In this document: positions 9,115 through 19,100 of the stretch, in pieces | Position numbering within the stretch: the first letter of the stretch is position 1 | How the letters are laid out: each line of letters starts with the position of its first letter | Origin: a bacterium | GTDB lineage: Bacteria; Patescibacteriota; Dojkabacteria; B142; OLB20 | Assembly: GCA_037138855.1 (NCBI GenBank) | Contig: JBAXHO010000001.1 | Coordinates: 6,105-70,104, forward strand | Length of the DNA: 64,000 nt | Direction of reading: 5' to 3' | Notes under the pieces: model-generated | Databases searched by the model: none | Told to the model about the DNA's origin: nothing | The model's input: only the letters and a program-made list of their open reading frames with translations | Made by a program: the position numbers and the translations under genes

Positions 9115-10047
9115 TTAATAATTAATAAAGCCAAGTTTTTTTGCTTCTAGATAAGAATATACTGGACTTAAACAATAATTGTTATCTTCGGCTACCCATT
9201 CAGCTAATGTTTTTTGAGCGATAATATTTTGGATCAGACTAATCACTGTTTCAGAAGTAGAAAAGTTATGTTGACTATAATCAGTTAGTTTATTTGTGGT
9301 ACAAAAATCATACCAAAATGCGGGTTCTAGAGCTGCTAAAACCATATAGCGATCATCTTTGGTTTTGTAGATATGGTAACAGGCATATTTGCCCCAAAGA
9401 GGCATTTCGTTTGGAGCAATATTATGTTCTAATTTAGCTTCTGCTGGTGCAGTTAGCGTAAAAAGATGCTGCATTGCCTGTAACATGGAAATATCTAGCC
9501 AGGTTGCTTTTCCGGTGATTTTTGTTGCTAAAATTTTATTTACAGCTTGATAACTTGTAATCACATCAGCAATTTGTACCGGTGGCAAAGGCATCTCTTC
9601 AGAATAGCGGGATTGATAGTCCAGATAACCACTGACTGCAAGAATATTTATATCATGTGCTGCCTTTTTACTTAACGGGTGTTCGTAGCCATAACCGGTA
9701 ATGGAACAGTAAATCAGATTGGGATTGATTTTAATTAAATCCTGGTAGCCTAAACCCATTTTATCCAGAAAATGCGGACGAAAATTTTCGATAATGGCAT
9801 CAGCGGAGCGAACTTCTTCAAGAATTTGTGCTTTACCTTGGTCACTGCGGAGGTCCAGACGAATTAATTTTTTATTTTTATTCAATTCCTGATAAATGAC
9901 ACTAATACCATTTTCAGTAGGTTGTAAATTTCGGAGTAAATCAAAATTGGCATCATGTTCAATTTTGATAATTTCTGATCCCAGTTCGCCGAGAATACTG
10001 GCTGCAAGAGGACCTGGTAACAGGCTGGATAGATCGATTATTTTCAT
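9115..10047 (-). CDS. CoA-transferase family III (CaiB/BaiF/alpha-methylacyl-CoA racemase family)
   Basis: N-terminal IDLSSLLPGPLAASILGELGSEIIKIE is typical of family III CoA-transferases. 14 bp upstream of the fusion gene on the same strand. Confidence 0.8.
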   Translation of the reverse strand: MKIIDLSSLLPGPLAASILGELGSEIIKIEHDANFDLLRNLQPTENGISVIYQELNKNKKLIRLDLRSDQGKAQILEEVRSADAIIENFRPHFLDKMGLGYQDLIKINPNLIYCSITGYGYEHPLSKKAAHDINILAVSGYLDYQSRYSEEMPLPPVQIADVITSYQAVNKILATKITGKATWLDISMLQAMQHLFTLTAPAEAKLEHNIAPNEMPLWGKYACYHIYKTKDDRYMVLAALEPAFWYDFCTTNKLTDYSQHNFSTSETVISLIQNIIAQKTLAEWVAEDNNYCLSPVYSYLEAKKLGFINY

Positions 10048-10517
10048 ATTTTGTCATTGAATAGTGAATATTATGCATACTAATTTGTGGAAAATCAACG
10101 TTTTGTTATTTTTTGATGGTGCTAAAGTAGATAATTTAAATAATAATTTCGTCAAGCAGACTGTAGGATAAAGTGCCTCAGATGTAAAAATATTTATTAT
10201 AAAAATCTCCGGGGCGTTGGCACGCCCACCCCCAAGTTCATTATAGAACTTTTTATTAAGACTTTCATTGTGATGTAACACAAATTTCAACTTAATCTTG
10301 ATTTAATATTGTTGCACAGAAATGAAGTCATAAATGCTATATGGTTTTGTTTGGTATAATACCGGTCTTAGTTCGATTTTGTGAATTTGTAATGAATATC
10401 AATCAAACTGATGTGCTATTAATTGTGAATTTCACTTTTTTGACAAACTATCTTTTTAATCCGATAATAAAAGTATCCTTTTGTAATTTCGCATTAATTA
10501 TTTAATATTTCTTTATC

Positions 10518-11255
10518 ATGTGCACAACCTTCGCCAAAAAAATCGACAATACTTGGTATCTCGGTAAGACTCGCGATCCTGTTAGTTGGATGCGTTGGGA
10601 TGATGAGATTAAATTGTTTGCAGAGGCAGGGGATAAATTCAGGAAATTGCTTGTGCAAAATCCCAATCCTAAAGAGGATGGTTATTATGGAGGTATTAAT
10701 GAAAAGGGTGTTGCTATAGTTGCTACCTATGTTAAAACAGCTGAAGAACAGGTTTCTTATATTCGACGTCCATACGTAAGATTAATTTTGGATGCTGCAA
10801 CTGCCGAAGAAGCAGTGGAAATTATTAAAAAATTTAATCCTTTAATCGGTGGCAATATGTTTGTGGCTGATAAAAAGAAGTGTTTCGGTATTGAAGGTGG
10901 CTCTAAAAGTATTTATGTGGAGGAAATTAAAGATCAGGCAGTGAAAACTAATCATTTTCTGCATTTGGATGAAGTTAATCTTAATTTTTCCAGATTACCT
11001 AAGTTTAAGGACTGGACTGAGGCTCATTTTGATCGGGCAACGGAATTACTTGGTGCAGCAAAAAGTCTGGAAGGTTTAGAAAATCTTCTGAAAGATCGCC
11101 AGGGCAGTGAATTGAAGCAGGCAATTTGTACGACAAGTGCCGAAGATGAATGCTATACCTATTCGGCGGTGATTTTCGATACGAACAAAGTAATTGCACA
11201 TTATGCTCAAGGGAACCCCAGTGAAGTGCCTTTTAAGGAATATAATTTTAAGTAA
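10518..11255 (+). CDS. Ntn-hydrolase with N-terminal Cys nucleophile (choloylglycine hydrolase / penicillin V acylase / C45-like linear amide hydrolase)
   Basis: Starts MCTTFAKK...; Cys2 after Met removal is the hallmark of this family. It is shorter (245 aa) than typical members. Divergent from the CoA-transferase operon. Confidence 0.5.
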   Translation: MCTTFAKKIDNTWYLGKTRDPVSWMRWDDEIKLFAEAGDKFRKLLVQNPNPKEDGYYGGINEKGVAIVATYVKTAEEQVSYIRRPYVRLILDAATAEEAVEIIKKFNPLIGGNMFVADKKKCFGIEGGSKSIYVEEIKDQAVKTNHFLHLDEVNLNFSRLPKFKDWTEAHFDRATELLGAAKSLEGLENLLKDRQGSELKQAICTTSAEDECYTYSAVIFDTNKVIAHYAQGNPSEVPFKEYNFK

Positions 11256-11260
11256 AAAAA

Positions 11261-11488
11261 ATGAAAAGAAAAATAATATTAATATTTGTAATAATAGGAT
11301 TTCTAATCAGTGCGATTGTATTATTTTTTTTAACAGCTAAATGTGATGATTATGGTGGATATCAAGTTGATGTTAAATCGTCTTGTACTTGTGATGGGTA
11401 TGAATGGGTAGTGTATGACAAGACCTCAAGTGATGGTTACCGATTGTCCTACTGCCTAGGTAGAAAACAGCCAGGAATTCATGGATAA
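11261..11488 (+). CDS. Small membrane-anchored Cys-rich protein
   Basis: N-terminal TM helix followed by CDDYGGYQ...SSCTCDGYEW...SYC. Confidence 0.3.
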   Translation: MKRKIILIFVIIGFLISAIVLFFLTAKCDDYGGYQVDVKSSCTCDGYEWVVYDKTSSDGYRLSYCLGRKQPGIHG

Positions 11489-11503
11489 CAAAGTGCGTTC
11501 TAA

Positions 11504-12439
11504 CTAAATTTTTCCTACCACCCAGACCCAAAAACTTACACTGGCGAGTGCTAATATTGATGAGACTAATACATTGCCAGCAGCGAGTTTTTTATCAAGT
11601 TGATAGAGATCAGCTAGAACGATGGTAAATACAGCTGAAGGCATGGCACCTTGAATGATCGAGGTGATAATGCCAGCATGAGAAATGGGAAATAGGTATT
11701 TTACTAAGAGAAGAATGAATGCTGGAACAACCATTAATTTAACAAAGCTGGTAAGAAGATTTAATTTGATATCAGTGAAATTATATTTAAAGTTATGTGC
11801 CAGGGTTAATCCCATTGATATTAAAGCTAGAGCACTGATTGATTTACCAAGGATATCAAGTGAGCGATAAATTGTTGCTGGAAGCGCTATTTTTGTGGTA
11901 AATAAGGCAAGCCCCACAATTGTAGCCATGACAAGGGGAATTGTGATCAGCCGAATTAGTTCTGATTTTAAGGTAGCTTTTCCATTCACATCACCAGCGC
12001 GTTGAATAATAAAATAGAGAATTGCTTCAGGGATTGTGATTACAGTAAGGGCATAGATCATTCCTAGGCGATAATATTCCTGGCCAAATAAACTCAGTAA
12101 AATTGGTAAACCAAAGTATAAATTATTCCCGGCCACCATGGAATAAACTAAAACAAATTTCTTTTGATACCTCACGCCCAGTACTTTGAAAAGTAGGATT
12201 AATGAAAAAAATAATATGAGCTGGATAATTAGTGTAACTAAAATGAATTTCTTCAAATCCTGAAATTCCTGGTGGCTAATACCACTAATACTGATGAGGG
12301 TAGAGGCTGGTACAGCAATATAGAATACAAATTTATTAAAATATTTCGAGGCATTTTCATCGAGAATTTTATATTTTCCAGCCAAAAAGCCTATTAAAAT
12401 AACCAAAAACAGGGAGATGAGTAATAGAAGTTGTTGCAT
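11504..12439 (-). CDS. AEC-family (auxin efflux carrier/malate permease-like) transporter
   Basis: 311 aa, ~10 TM helices. N-terminal LLISLFLVILIGFLAGKYKIL is typical of AEC transporters. Confidence 0.7.
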   Translation of the reverse strand: MQQLLLLISLFLVILIGFLAGKYKILDENASKYFNKFVFYIAVPASTLISISGISHQEFQDLKKFILVTLIIQLILFFSLILLFKVLGVRYQKKFVLVYSMVAGNNLYFGLPILLSLFGQEYYRLGMIYALTVITIPEAILYFIIQRAGDVNGKATLKSELIRLITIPLVMATIVGLALFTTKIALPATIYRSLDILGKSISALALISMGLTLAHNFKYNFTDIKLNLLTSFVKLMVVPAFILLLVKYLFPISHAGIITSIIQGAMPSAVFTIVLADLYQLDKKLAAGNVLVSSILALASVSFWVWVVGKI

Positions 12440-12552
12440 GGAAGAAATAAAAGCTAAAAGTTAATAGTTACAAGTTAAAAGCTAAGAGAAACAAACGAGT
12501 ATCAAGTATCAGGTAGTAAAAAAAGTATCTGGTACCTAGTATCTAGTAGCTG

Positions 12553-12610
12553 AAAAAAATAAAAACTCATGATTCGATCCTGAAGTTGTTTCAGGACGAA
12601 ATTCGTCCCT
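12553..12610 (-). terminator. Rho-independent terminator for the SDR gene (two hairpins plus T-run on the minus strand)
   Basis: Minus-strand read: GGGACGAATTTCGTCC, CCTGAAACAACTTCAGG, then GAGTTTTTATTTTTTT. Confidence 0.6.
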
Positions 12611-13354
12611 TTACAATAGATTCCCGCCGCCGTTGACGCCAATTACTTCTCCATTAATGAATTCTGCCTTAGGCGAAATTAAAAATTCTACTACATTTGC
12701 AATGTCTTCAGGCGTGCAATTTCTTTTCATTGGATTTTTTTCGGCCTCTCCCTGGAACTTATCATCAGCCATGTTTATATTTCTGGTCAGATTGGTATCC
12801 ATAAGAGAAGGATTGATCACATTCACTTTAATTCCATATTTCGACCATTCTAGTACACACACCTGACTAAACTTGATGAGTCCTGCCTTGGATGCTCCAT
12901 AAGCTCCGGTGGTGGGTGATGTCTTCTCTTTACCTAGTCTGGATCCGATGTTGATAATTTGTGATTTTTCTGCTTTTTTCAAGAAAGGCAGGGCAAATTT
13001 ACTCATGAGTATCGGACCGACAAGATCAACCGCAATGATTTTTTTTAATTCTTCCACGGATGCTTCCTCAATGAGTTTAGCAGAATCGATTGCAGCATTG
13101 TTAACGAGTACATCCAATTGATTTGTAATTTTAATGATATTTTCAAAAATAATTTTTACGTCGGCTTCACTGCTTACATCTCCTGGTACCAGATAGCTAG
13201 TTCCGCCTTGAGCTTTGATTTCATCCATTACCTGCTCGGCGTTTTGCGTATCAGAAATATAATTAATAAAAATTGTGTAACCATGCTTCGCAAGATTTAA
13301 AGCAATAGATCTACCTACACCTTTGCTTGAGCCAGTAATTAATGCGTATTTCAT
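12611..13354 (-). CDS. Short-chain dehydrogenase/reductase (FabG-like)
   Basis: MKYALITGSSKGVGRSIA (TGxxxGxG), NNAA, YxxxK. Confidence 0.85.
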   Translation of the reverse strand: MKYALITGSSKGVGRSIALNLAKHGYTIFINYISDTQNAEQVMDEIKAQGGTSYLVPGDVSSEADVKIIFENIIKITNQLDVLVNNAAIDSAKLIEEASVEELKKIIAVDLVGPILMSKFALPFLKKAEKSQIINIGSRLGKEKTSPTTGAYGASKAGLIKFSQVCVLEWSKYGIKVNVINPSLMDTNLTRNINMADDKFQGEAEKNPMKRNCTPEDIANVVEFLISPKAEFINGEVIGVNGGGNLL

Positions 13355-13547
13355 TGATATTTAGATGAAAATATTTTTTCATTATATGATCATTATTTAT
13401 TTTCTGCAAGGAAGCAGAGAAAATGATCAGATTTAAGAAATTTTTAAGAATAATTTGATAATTTAAAAGGGTAGAAATTCAATATTCCGTTTAAACGATA
13501 TTGACTAAACATAAATAAATAATTAAAATATAAGTATTAAAAATTTC

Positions 13548-13814
13548 ATGTTGGAACTAATGCAAGTTAAATTACAAAAAATTGGAAATTCATTTATGGT
13601 TACCATTCCAAAGGCTTTGAAAGAGCAAGCTAAGTTACATTTAGGAGATATGCTGAACATTGAAATTGCAGAAAATTCTTTGCTGATCAAGCCAGCTGTT
13701 TTAGATAAACTTACCAAAGCTCAGGTTGAAGGTGGATTGTTACAAATTCCAAATTTTCACATTCAGAAAGTAATTCAGGAAATCAAAAAACGAGATTATG
13801 AAAGAGAAAGATAG
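13548..13814 (+). CDS. AbrB/MazE/SpoVT-type antitoxin (VapB-like)
   Basis: VKLQKIGNSFMVTIPKAL swapped-hairpin DNA-binding motif. It overlaps the downstream PIN gene by 17 nt. Confidence 0.6.
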   Translation: MLELMQVKLQKIGNSFMVTIPKALKEQAKLHLGDMLNIEIAENSLLIKPAVLDKLTKAQVEGGLLQIPNFHIQKVIQEIKKRDYERER

Positions 13815-14226
13815 TATATATGTTGATACTAATGTTTTTATTGCCTGGTTAGTAGCTAGTCACCCTGACTATAAACAAGCAAGATGTATTTTTAAACAAT
13901 ATTCTAAATATCAGTTCTATTATTCTTTATTAGTGATCGATGAAATACTGTTTGTTATGACAAAATATCGGATTAGTAAAAATATCATTCAAAATATTAT
14001 TAAATCTAACTTAATAGAAAATCCGATTTGTATTTTAATTGAAGATACAATTAATCATGAACAGATTGAGAAGTATTTAAATCTTTGGGTTAACTGTGGT
14101 TTGAAACCTAGAGATGCATTACATTACTATTATATGAAGAAGATGAAGATTACTACTATCGCCACTTTTGATCAGGATTTTATTAGACAACAAAAAAAAC
14201 TTGGTATAAAAGTTTTAAAATATTAA
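13798..14226 (+). CDS. PIN-domain toxin (VapC-like ribonuclease)
   Basis: IYVDTNVFI...D...E...ATFDQDF conserved acidic residues of the PIN fold. Confidence 0.7.
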   Translation: MKEKDSIYVDTNVFIAWLVASHPDYKQARCIFKQYSKYQFYYSLLVIDEILFVMTKYRISKNIIQNIIKSNLIENPICILIEDTINHEQIEKYLNLWVNCGLKPRDALHYYYMKKMKITTIATFDQDFIRQQKKLGIKVLKY

Positions 14227-14242
14227 AAATGTAGTGAAAAAT

Positions 14243-14509
14243 TTAGATGCTTTGGATAACTAAGCTATATCCTGCTACCGAAGCACCAGTTCGTAGCTTT
14301 TTATATGCTTTCATAGAAATTTTGTAAGTATCTTTTTTACCAGAAGCTAATTCAAGTAATTTTACTTTTCGTAGGTTAGGTTTCCAAGTACGTAGAGTTC
14401 TTTGTGCTTTGAAACGCCAAACTCCTCCTCCTCCGGAAGAGCCTCTTTGATGTTTGCGAGAACCGCCGAAAGCAATTGTTTTATTGGTGATGTCACACTT
14501 GTTTGACAT
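14243..14509 (-). CDS. rpmB: 50S ribosomal protein L28 (bL28)
   Basis: MSNKCDITNK...FGGSRKHQRG...WKPNLRKVK matches the bL28 pattern. The track ORF begins 4 codons upstream, at 14521. Confidence 0.8.
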   Translation of the reverse strand: MSNKCDITNKTIAFGGSRKHQRGSSGGGGVWRFKAQRTLRTWKPNLRKVKLLELASGKKDTYKISMKAYKKLRTGASVAGYSLVIQSI

Positions 14510-14659
14510 AAAAATGATCACTTAAGATATATGCAGAACGAATTGTAGCAGATAAAACCCAGATATGAAAGAAAAAAGATGAAAAAAATAATATTTATCT
14601 GGTAAGTTAGAATTTAAAATTGTAAACTAATAACTTGTTTATTTCTTATTATTGTTTAA

Positions 14660-15634
14660 ATGATTAATCAAAAATATTTTGATGATATTACGAAATTTCC
14701 AAGTCAATTGGCGATTGGAGTTCAGCAAGCTAATGAAATTAAGGCACTTCGTTCTTTTCAAAAAGTGATTTTAAGCGGTATGGGGGGGAGTTCCCTTTTC
14801 GTTGAATACATCAATCAAATGAATGCTTCCCTAGGCTTTACCGAAAGAATTGATATAAATCGCAGTTATTCAATTCCAAAATTTGCTGATGCAGATACAT
14901 TATTAATTGCATCTTCATATTCCGGAAATACTGAAGAATCAGTTAGCTTTCTTAAGGAAGCATTGGAAAGAAAATTGAATTGTATAGTAATTTCTGCTGG
15001 AGGAGAATTAGTAGAACTTGCCAAGACAAACAAGCTACCATTAATTATCATTCCACAAGGTGTAGTGCCTCGTCTTGCTACAGGATATTTTATTGGCGCG
15101 CTGGTAAAATTTTTAACAGACAATTTATTTTTTAAAGCAGCACTTTTAGAAAAAATTCTTACTGTTAAGTTTGATGTAGATCAGACAGCAGCGAAGCTTT
15201 TTGCAGAAAAATTATATAAAAAAGTACCAATTATTTATAGTTCGATTGAGAATTCAGCGACAGCAAGAATTATTAAAATTAAATTTAATGAAAATAGTAA
15301 AGTGCAAGCATTTTGGAATGAATTTCCGGAACAAAATCATAATGAATTAGAAGGATTTACTAATTTAATTATAAATCCTTACATAATTTTATTGAAATCA
15401 AAATTCACCCATCCCAGAATCAGCAAGCGGTTTGATATTTATCAGGAAATTTTTTCGAAGAAAGGTTTGGTGATTGAAACTATACCTCTAAAAGGGAAAA
15501 GTATGTTGGAAGAAATGTTCAACACAGTACATTTCTTTGATTATGTTAGCTTTTTTCTGGCAGAACTTTATAATACTAATCCGGAAAGTACAAATTTGTT
15601 GGAAGGATTTAAGCTGGAATTGAAAAATTTGTAA
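14660..15634 (+). CDS. Bifunctional phosphoglucose/phosphomannose isomerase (SIS domain; archaeal-type PGI/PMI)
   Basis: SGMGGS...SYSGNTEE SIS motifs; ~320 aa, typical of the bifunctional PGI/PMI family. Confidence 0.75.
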   Translation: MINQKYFDDITKFPSQLAIGVQQANEIKALRSFQKVILSGMGGSSLFVEYINQMNASLGFTERIDINRSYSIPKFADADTLLIASSYSGNTEESVSFLKEALERKLNCIVISAGGELVELAKTNKLPLIIIPQGVVPRLATGYFIGALVKFLTDNLFFKAALLEKILTVKFDVDQTAAKLFAEKLYKKVPIIYSSIENSATARIIKIKFNENSKVQAFWNEFPEQNHNELEGFTNLIINPYIILLKSKFTHPRISKRFDIYQEIFSKKGLVIETIPLKGKSMLEEMFNTVHFFDYVSFFLAELYNTNPESTNLLEGFKLELKNL

Positions 15635-15716
15635 ATACTTCTGATATTTCCTATTGACACCATAACATCATCTCGATAAACTAATTAAAAGTAGTTAATT
15701 TCTAATCTTTATTACT

Positions 15717-16169
15717 ATGTTGAGCGTCAATGCTTTATTTTCTAAATTACACGGTTTAGAACCTAAAAAAAGAAAAATGCTAGTTTTAGGATCTTTAGTA
15801 GGTTCATTTCTTTTTGTATTGATTGGGGTAGTTTTTGTCATAGCTAATCGTGGCAATATTACTTTACCGGAAACAGGAACTTATTCGATTGTGGTTGATA
15901 AGAATACTGATGAAGCTGGTTCTTGTGAGTTTGGAACCGATGTTAAAGCAGTTAAAACTTGTACTTTACGTGGGGCAATTAATAAAGCTAATACGCTGGG
16001 CACGAATAATAGTGTGAATATTACATTTGAATCAAATTTGGCTGATAGCAGTACCGGGGTTACGACAATTCAGCTGCAATCTCAATTACCAATCATATCT
16101 TCAGAGGCTTCAGTATTAATTTCTGGAAATAATTCTGATCCAAGTAAAGTAGTAATTAAGATGAACTGA
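15717..16169 (+). CDS. Membrane-anchored hypothetical protein; looks like the N-terminal start of a beta-helix surface protein (possible fragment)
   Basis: N-terminal TM helix, then CTLRGAINKANT...ISGNNS resembling the first rungs of the beta-helix domains of the neighbouring giant protein. Confidence 0.4.
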   Translation: MLSVNALFSKLHGLEPKKRKMLVLGSLVGSFLFVLIGVVFVIANRGNITLPETGTYSIVVDKNTDEAGSCEFGTDVKAVKTCTLRGAINKANTLGTNNSVNITFESNLADSSTGVTTIQLQSQLPIISSEASVLISGNNSDPSKVVIKMN

Positions 16170-16198
16170 TTTTTTAATTCATTTATTCAATTAAAAAT

Positions 16199-19100
16199 AT
16201 GGAACCGCAGTCTGCTCAAAGTATCAATCATGTTGCTCAAATCCGTAAATATTTCCCGATAATTATCGTTACAGTGGTTGTTTTAGTAGCTGCTTTAGCT
16301 ATTGTTGTGGTACAACGCATTCGCATTAATAACCTGCCAAATACAGGTACTGATAATCCCATTCCTACAGTGCCGCCAACATGTGATTTGGTTTGCGCAG
16401 ATGGACATTTGGATCCAAATATTTGTAGCTGTGTGCCAGATGTCACGTCAATTATTTCAACGAATACACCAATACTTATAATGGGAAACTATTTGTTAAA
16501 AAGTATGAGTGTTAGTCTTGATCAGGCAACTGGAAACAATGTGATTACTTATAAAGTTCAAAATGATGGTACAGCAGAAATCGCAGGGAATAGTTTTCAG
16601 AATACATATTGGATAAATCCCGTTCCAGAGCCAAGTAGTATTAATAATATTCAACCTACTCAATCCTTATTTCAAGCTAAGATTTTAACCAGTCAAAGAT
16701 TAAGTGCTGGTACATCTGGTCTTGGGACTATTTCAATTAATAATTCATCCATACCAGCAGGGGTCTATAAATTATGTATGTGGTACGATAGCTCAAAAGC
16801 CGTTAATGAGGCTAATGAAAATGACAATATTCTCTGTAGTCAAGTTACTCTAGCTATACCAGAAGCACCGGCATGTACCTCATTTACAAATATGTGGATT
16901 AATGATTGTAATAGTACAGGGTTACTCGGCACACCTCAATGTGCTACTACTTCTGATAAAGCAACGATTCATTATAATTCCAATGCTGCAAGTATGAAAT
17001 TTCTGGATGCAACATCTATGCCAGGTATATTGTGTAGTGCAATTCCGGATAGTACTTTTACCGGACAATCACAAATCTATGATGCAAATAATCCGACAAT
17101 TAATTGGACCTTAACACCTGGATTTGGATTAAAAAAGATTTGTGTCAGATTTGAAAATAGTGCTGGATCAAGTAAGTGTGGAGGAACTATTAATTACACG
17201 GGTGTTACTCCAGTTGTTACTAATACAGCAATACCAGTAAGTCCACCTCAATGTACATCATTTCAAAATATGTGGATTGAAGGATGTCAGAGCTGGAACG
17301 CAGCAGATCCAACGGCAAATGCTAGCTGTATCACAAACAATACAAATGTTCAAATTAATTTGAATTCTTCTAATGCTACTACAATGAGGTTTTATGAAAA
17401 GACTGCGAATTTGGATATAGCATGTAGTGCCCTTGATCCTGGAGCATTTCCAGTGGTATTTCAAAGTTATTATCCAACACACAATATTACATTATCATCG
17501 ACACCAGGAGAGAAGCAGGTATGTGTGAGTTTAGGAAATAGTGCAGGGTCAAGCCAATGCGGAGGAAAGATCTGGTTCCAACCATCAATTACTCCTACAA
17601 TTTCTACAATACCTTCACCAACTCCGACACCTCAAGGGGCACCGGAATGTACATCTTTTGTGAATATGTGGCTAGAAAATTGTAAAACTAATCAGATGAC
17701 AGGTCCAGATTGTACAATTAATACAAACAAATTAAATATCAATTTAGCTGTACCCAATATTACAGCTGGTTCGAAGATGAGTTTTTATGAAAAAACGGCT
17801 GCGGATGATCCAAAGGTGCTTTGTAACTCGATTGATCCAAATAAATTTTCTACACCAGTAGATTATGCTACTCAGGTAAAAGATTACCAATTACAAGCCA
17901 CAACTGGACAAGTGAAGGTCTGTGTTCGTTTAGTGAATAGTAGTGGCGCAGCTAGTCAGTGCGGTGGTGGAATAAATATTGTAGAACCTGTGTATCGAAT
18001 TTTAAAAGTTGAATCAGGAGCTGTTGTGACACTTTCCGGTTTGACCTTGATGGGTGGTCGTGCTGATATTGGTGCAGCTATCGAGAATTTTAGTTTTCTT
18101 GAGATTAATAATAGTATTATTGCCAATAATATCGCTGATGTTTATGGTGGCGGTATTTACAATGAGGGATATCTTTCGGTGAGAAATTCTATTTTCCACG
18201 CTAACTCAATAGGAAATACAAATGGAGCAGGAGGAGCGATATATTCGAGAAATACAAATGGCGGATCTTATCTTCAAAACTCTTTGACTATTAGTAAGAC
18301 TATGTTTGAAGGGAATATTGCAGGGACAGGAGGAGGAGGAGCTATTTATTCAGAGGATACTCCAGTAATGATATCAAGAAGCTCTTTCAAATTAAATCTA
18401 GCTCCGAGTGGAGGCGCATTGTATCTAACAGCTATAAGGAGTAACGATATATTAAATAGAATTGATAACTCCACATTTGCAAGTAATACAAGTATGTATG
18501 GTGTAATAAATAATACCGGTTCCAGCAAACATGTCAGGTTAGATTTAATGTTCTCTACTTTTGTATCTGATTTACCAAGCTCAGCAAATAATTTCACACT
18601 TTATTCTGGTACAAATTCAGAAATCAATTTTAGGAATAATATTTTAGCAGCAAAGGGAGCTACTCAATGTAATTCCATTCCAAATAGTTTAGGTGGAAAT
18701 GTAATAATTGATAGTAGCTGTACAGTATTACCTGTAAGTAATAATGATATAGTTGGAACTCAAGTCAACCCACTGTTATCTGCAGAGCAGACCATACCAG
18801 GAAACAAGACAGTATTTTTCTCAATTGATCAAAGTAGTCCAGCATTTAATAATGCGATAAATTGTACAGGTACACCAATCGATCAACTTGAACAAACACG
18901 TCCTCAGGGAAGTGCTTGTGATAGCGGTGCTTATGAATTTCCAATACCAGTAACGACAACTGTGACACCCACGCCTGCTACAGTGGCGATGACTTGTAGT
19001 GAGGGATTTACAGATGATTTCGGGAGATTTATGATCGATAGTAGCAGATGGAAAGTAAATATTGCTGACAGTTTAAAAACGAGTGTGGAAATTAATGCTC

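Noticed and set aside
10213-10240. Sigma-54 promoter (TGGCACG) in the GC-rich island.
   Set aside because: No TTGC element at the required -12 spacing on either strand.
10054-10290. 78-aa ORF in the divergent promoter region.
   Set aside because: It lies in AT-rich intergenic DNA containing the GC hairpin and has no features of a real protein.
16237-18597. Antisense and out-of-frame ORFs inside the giant adhesin gene (16237-16446, 17258-17482, 18014-18199, 18346-18597), and similar ones inside other long genes (e.g. 6670-6891, 7341-7523, 12633-13300, 25313-25942, 32328-32630, 42211-42480, 60123-61062).
   Set aside because: They are short, lack motifs, are fully nested in well-supported genes on the other strand/frame, and are often low-complexity; most likely spurious.
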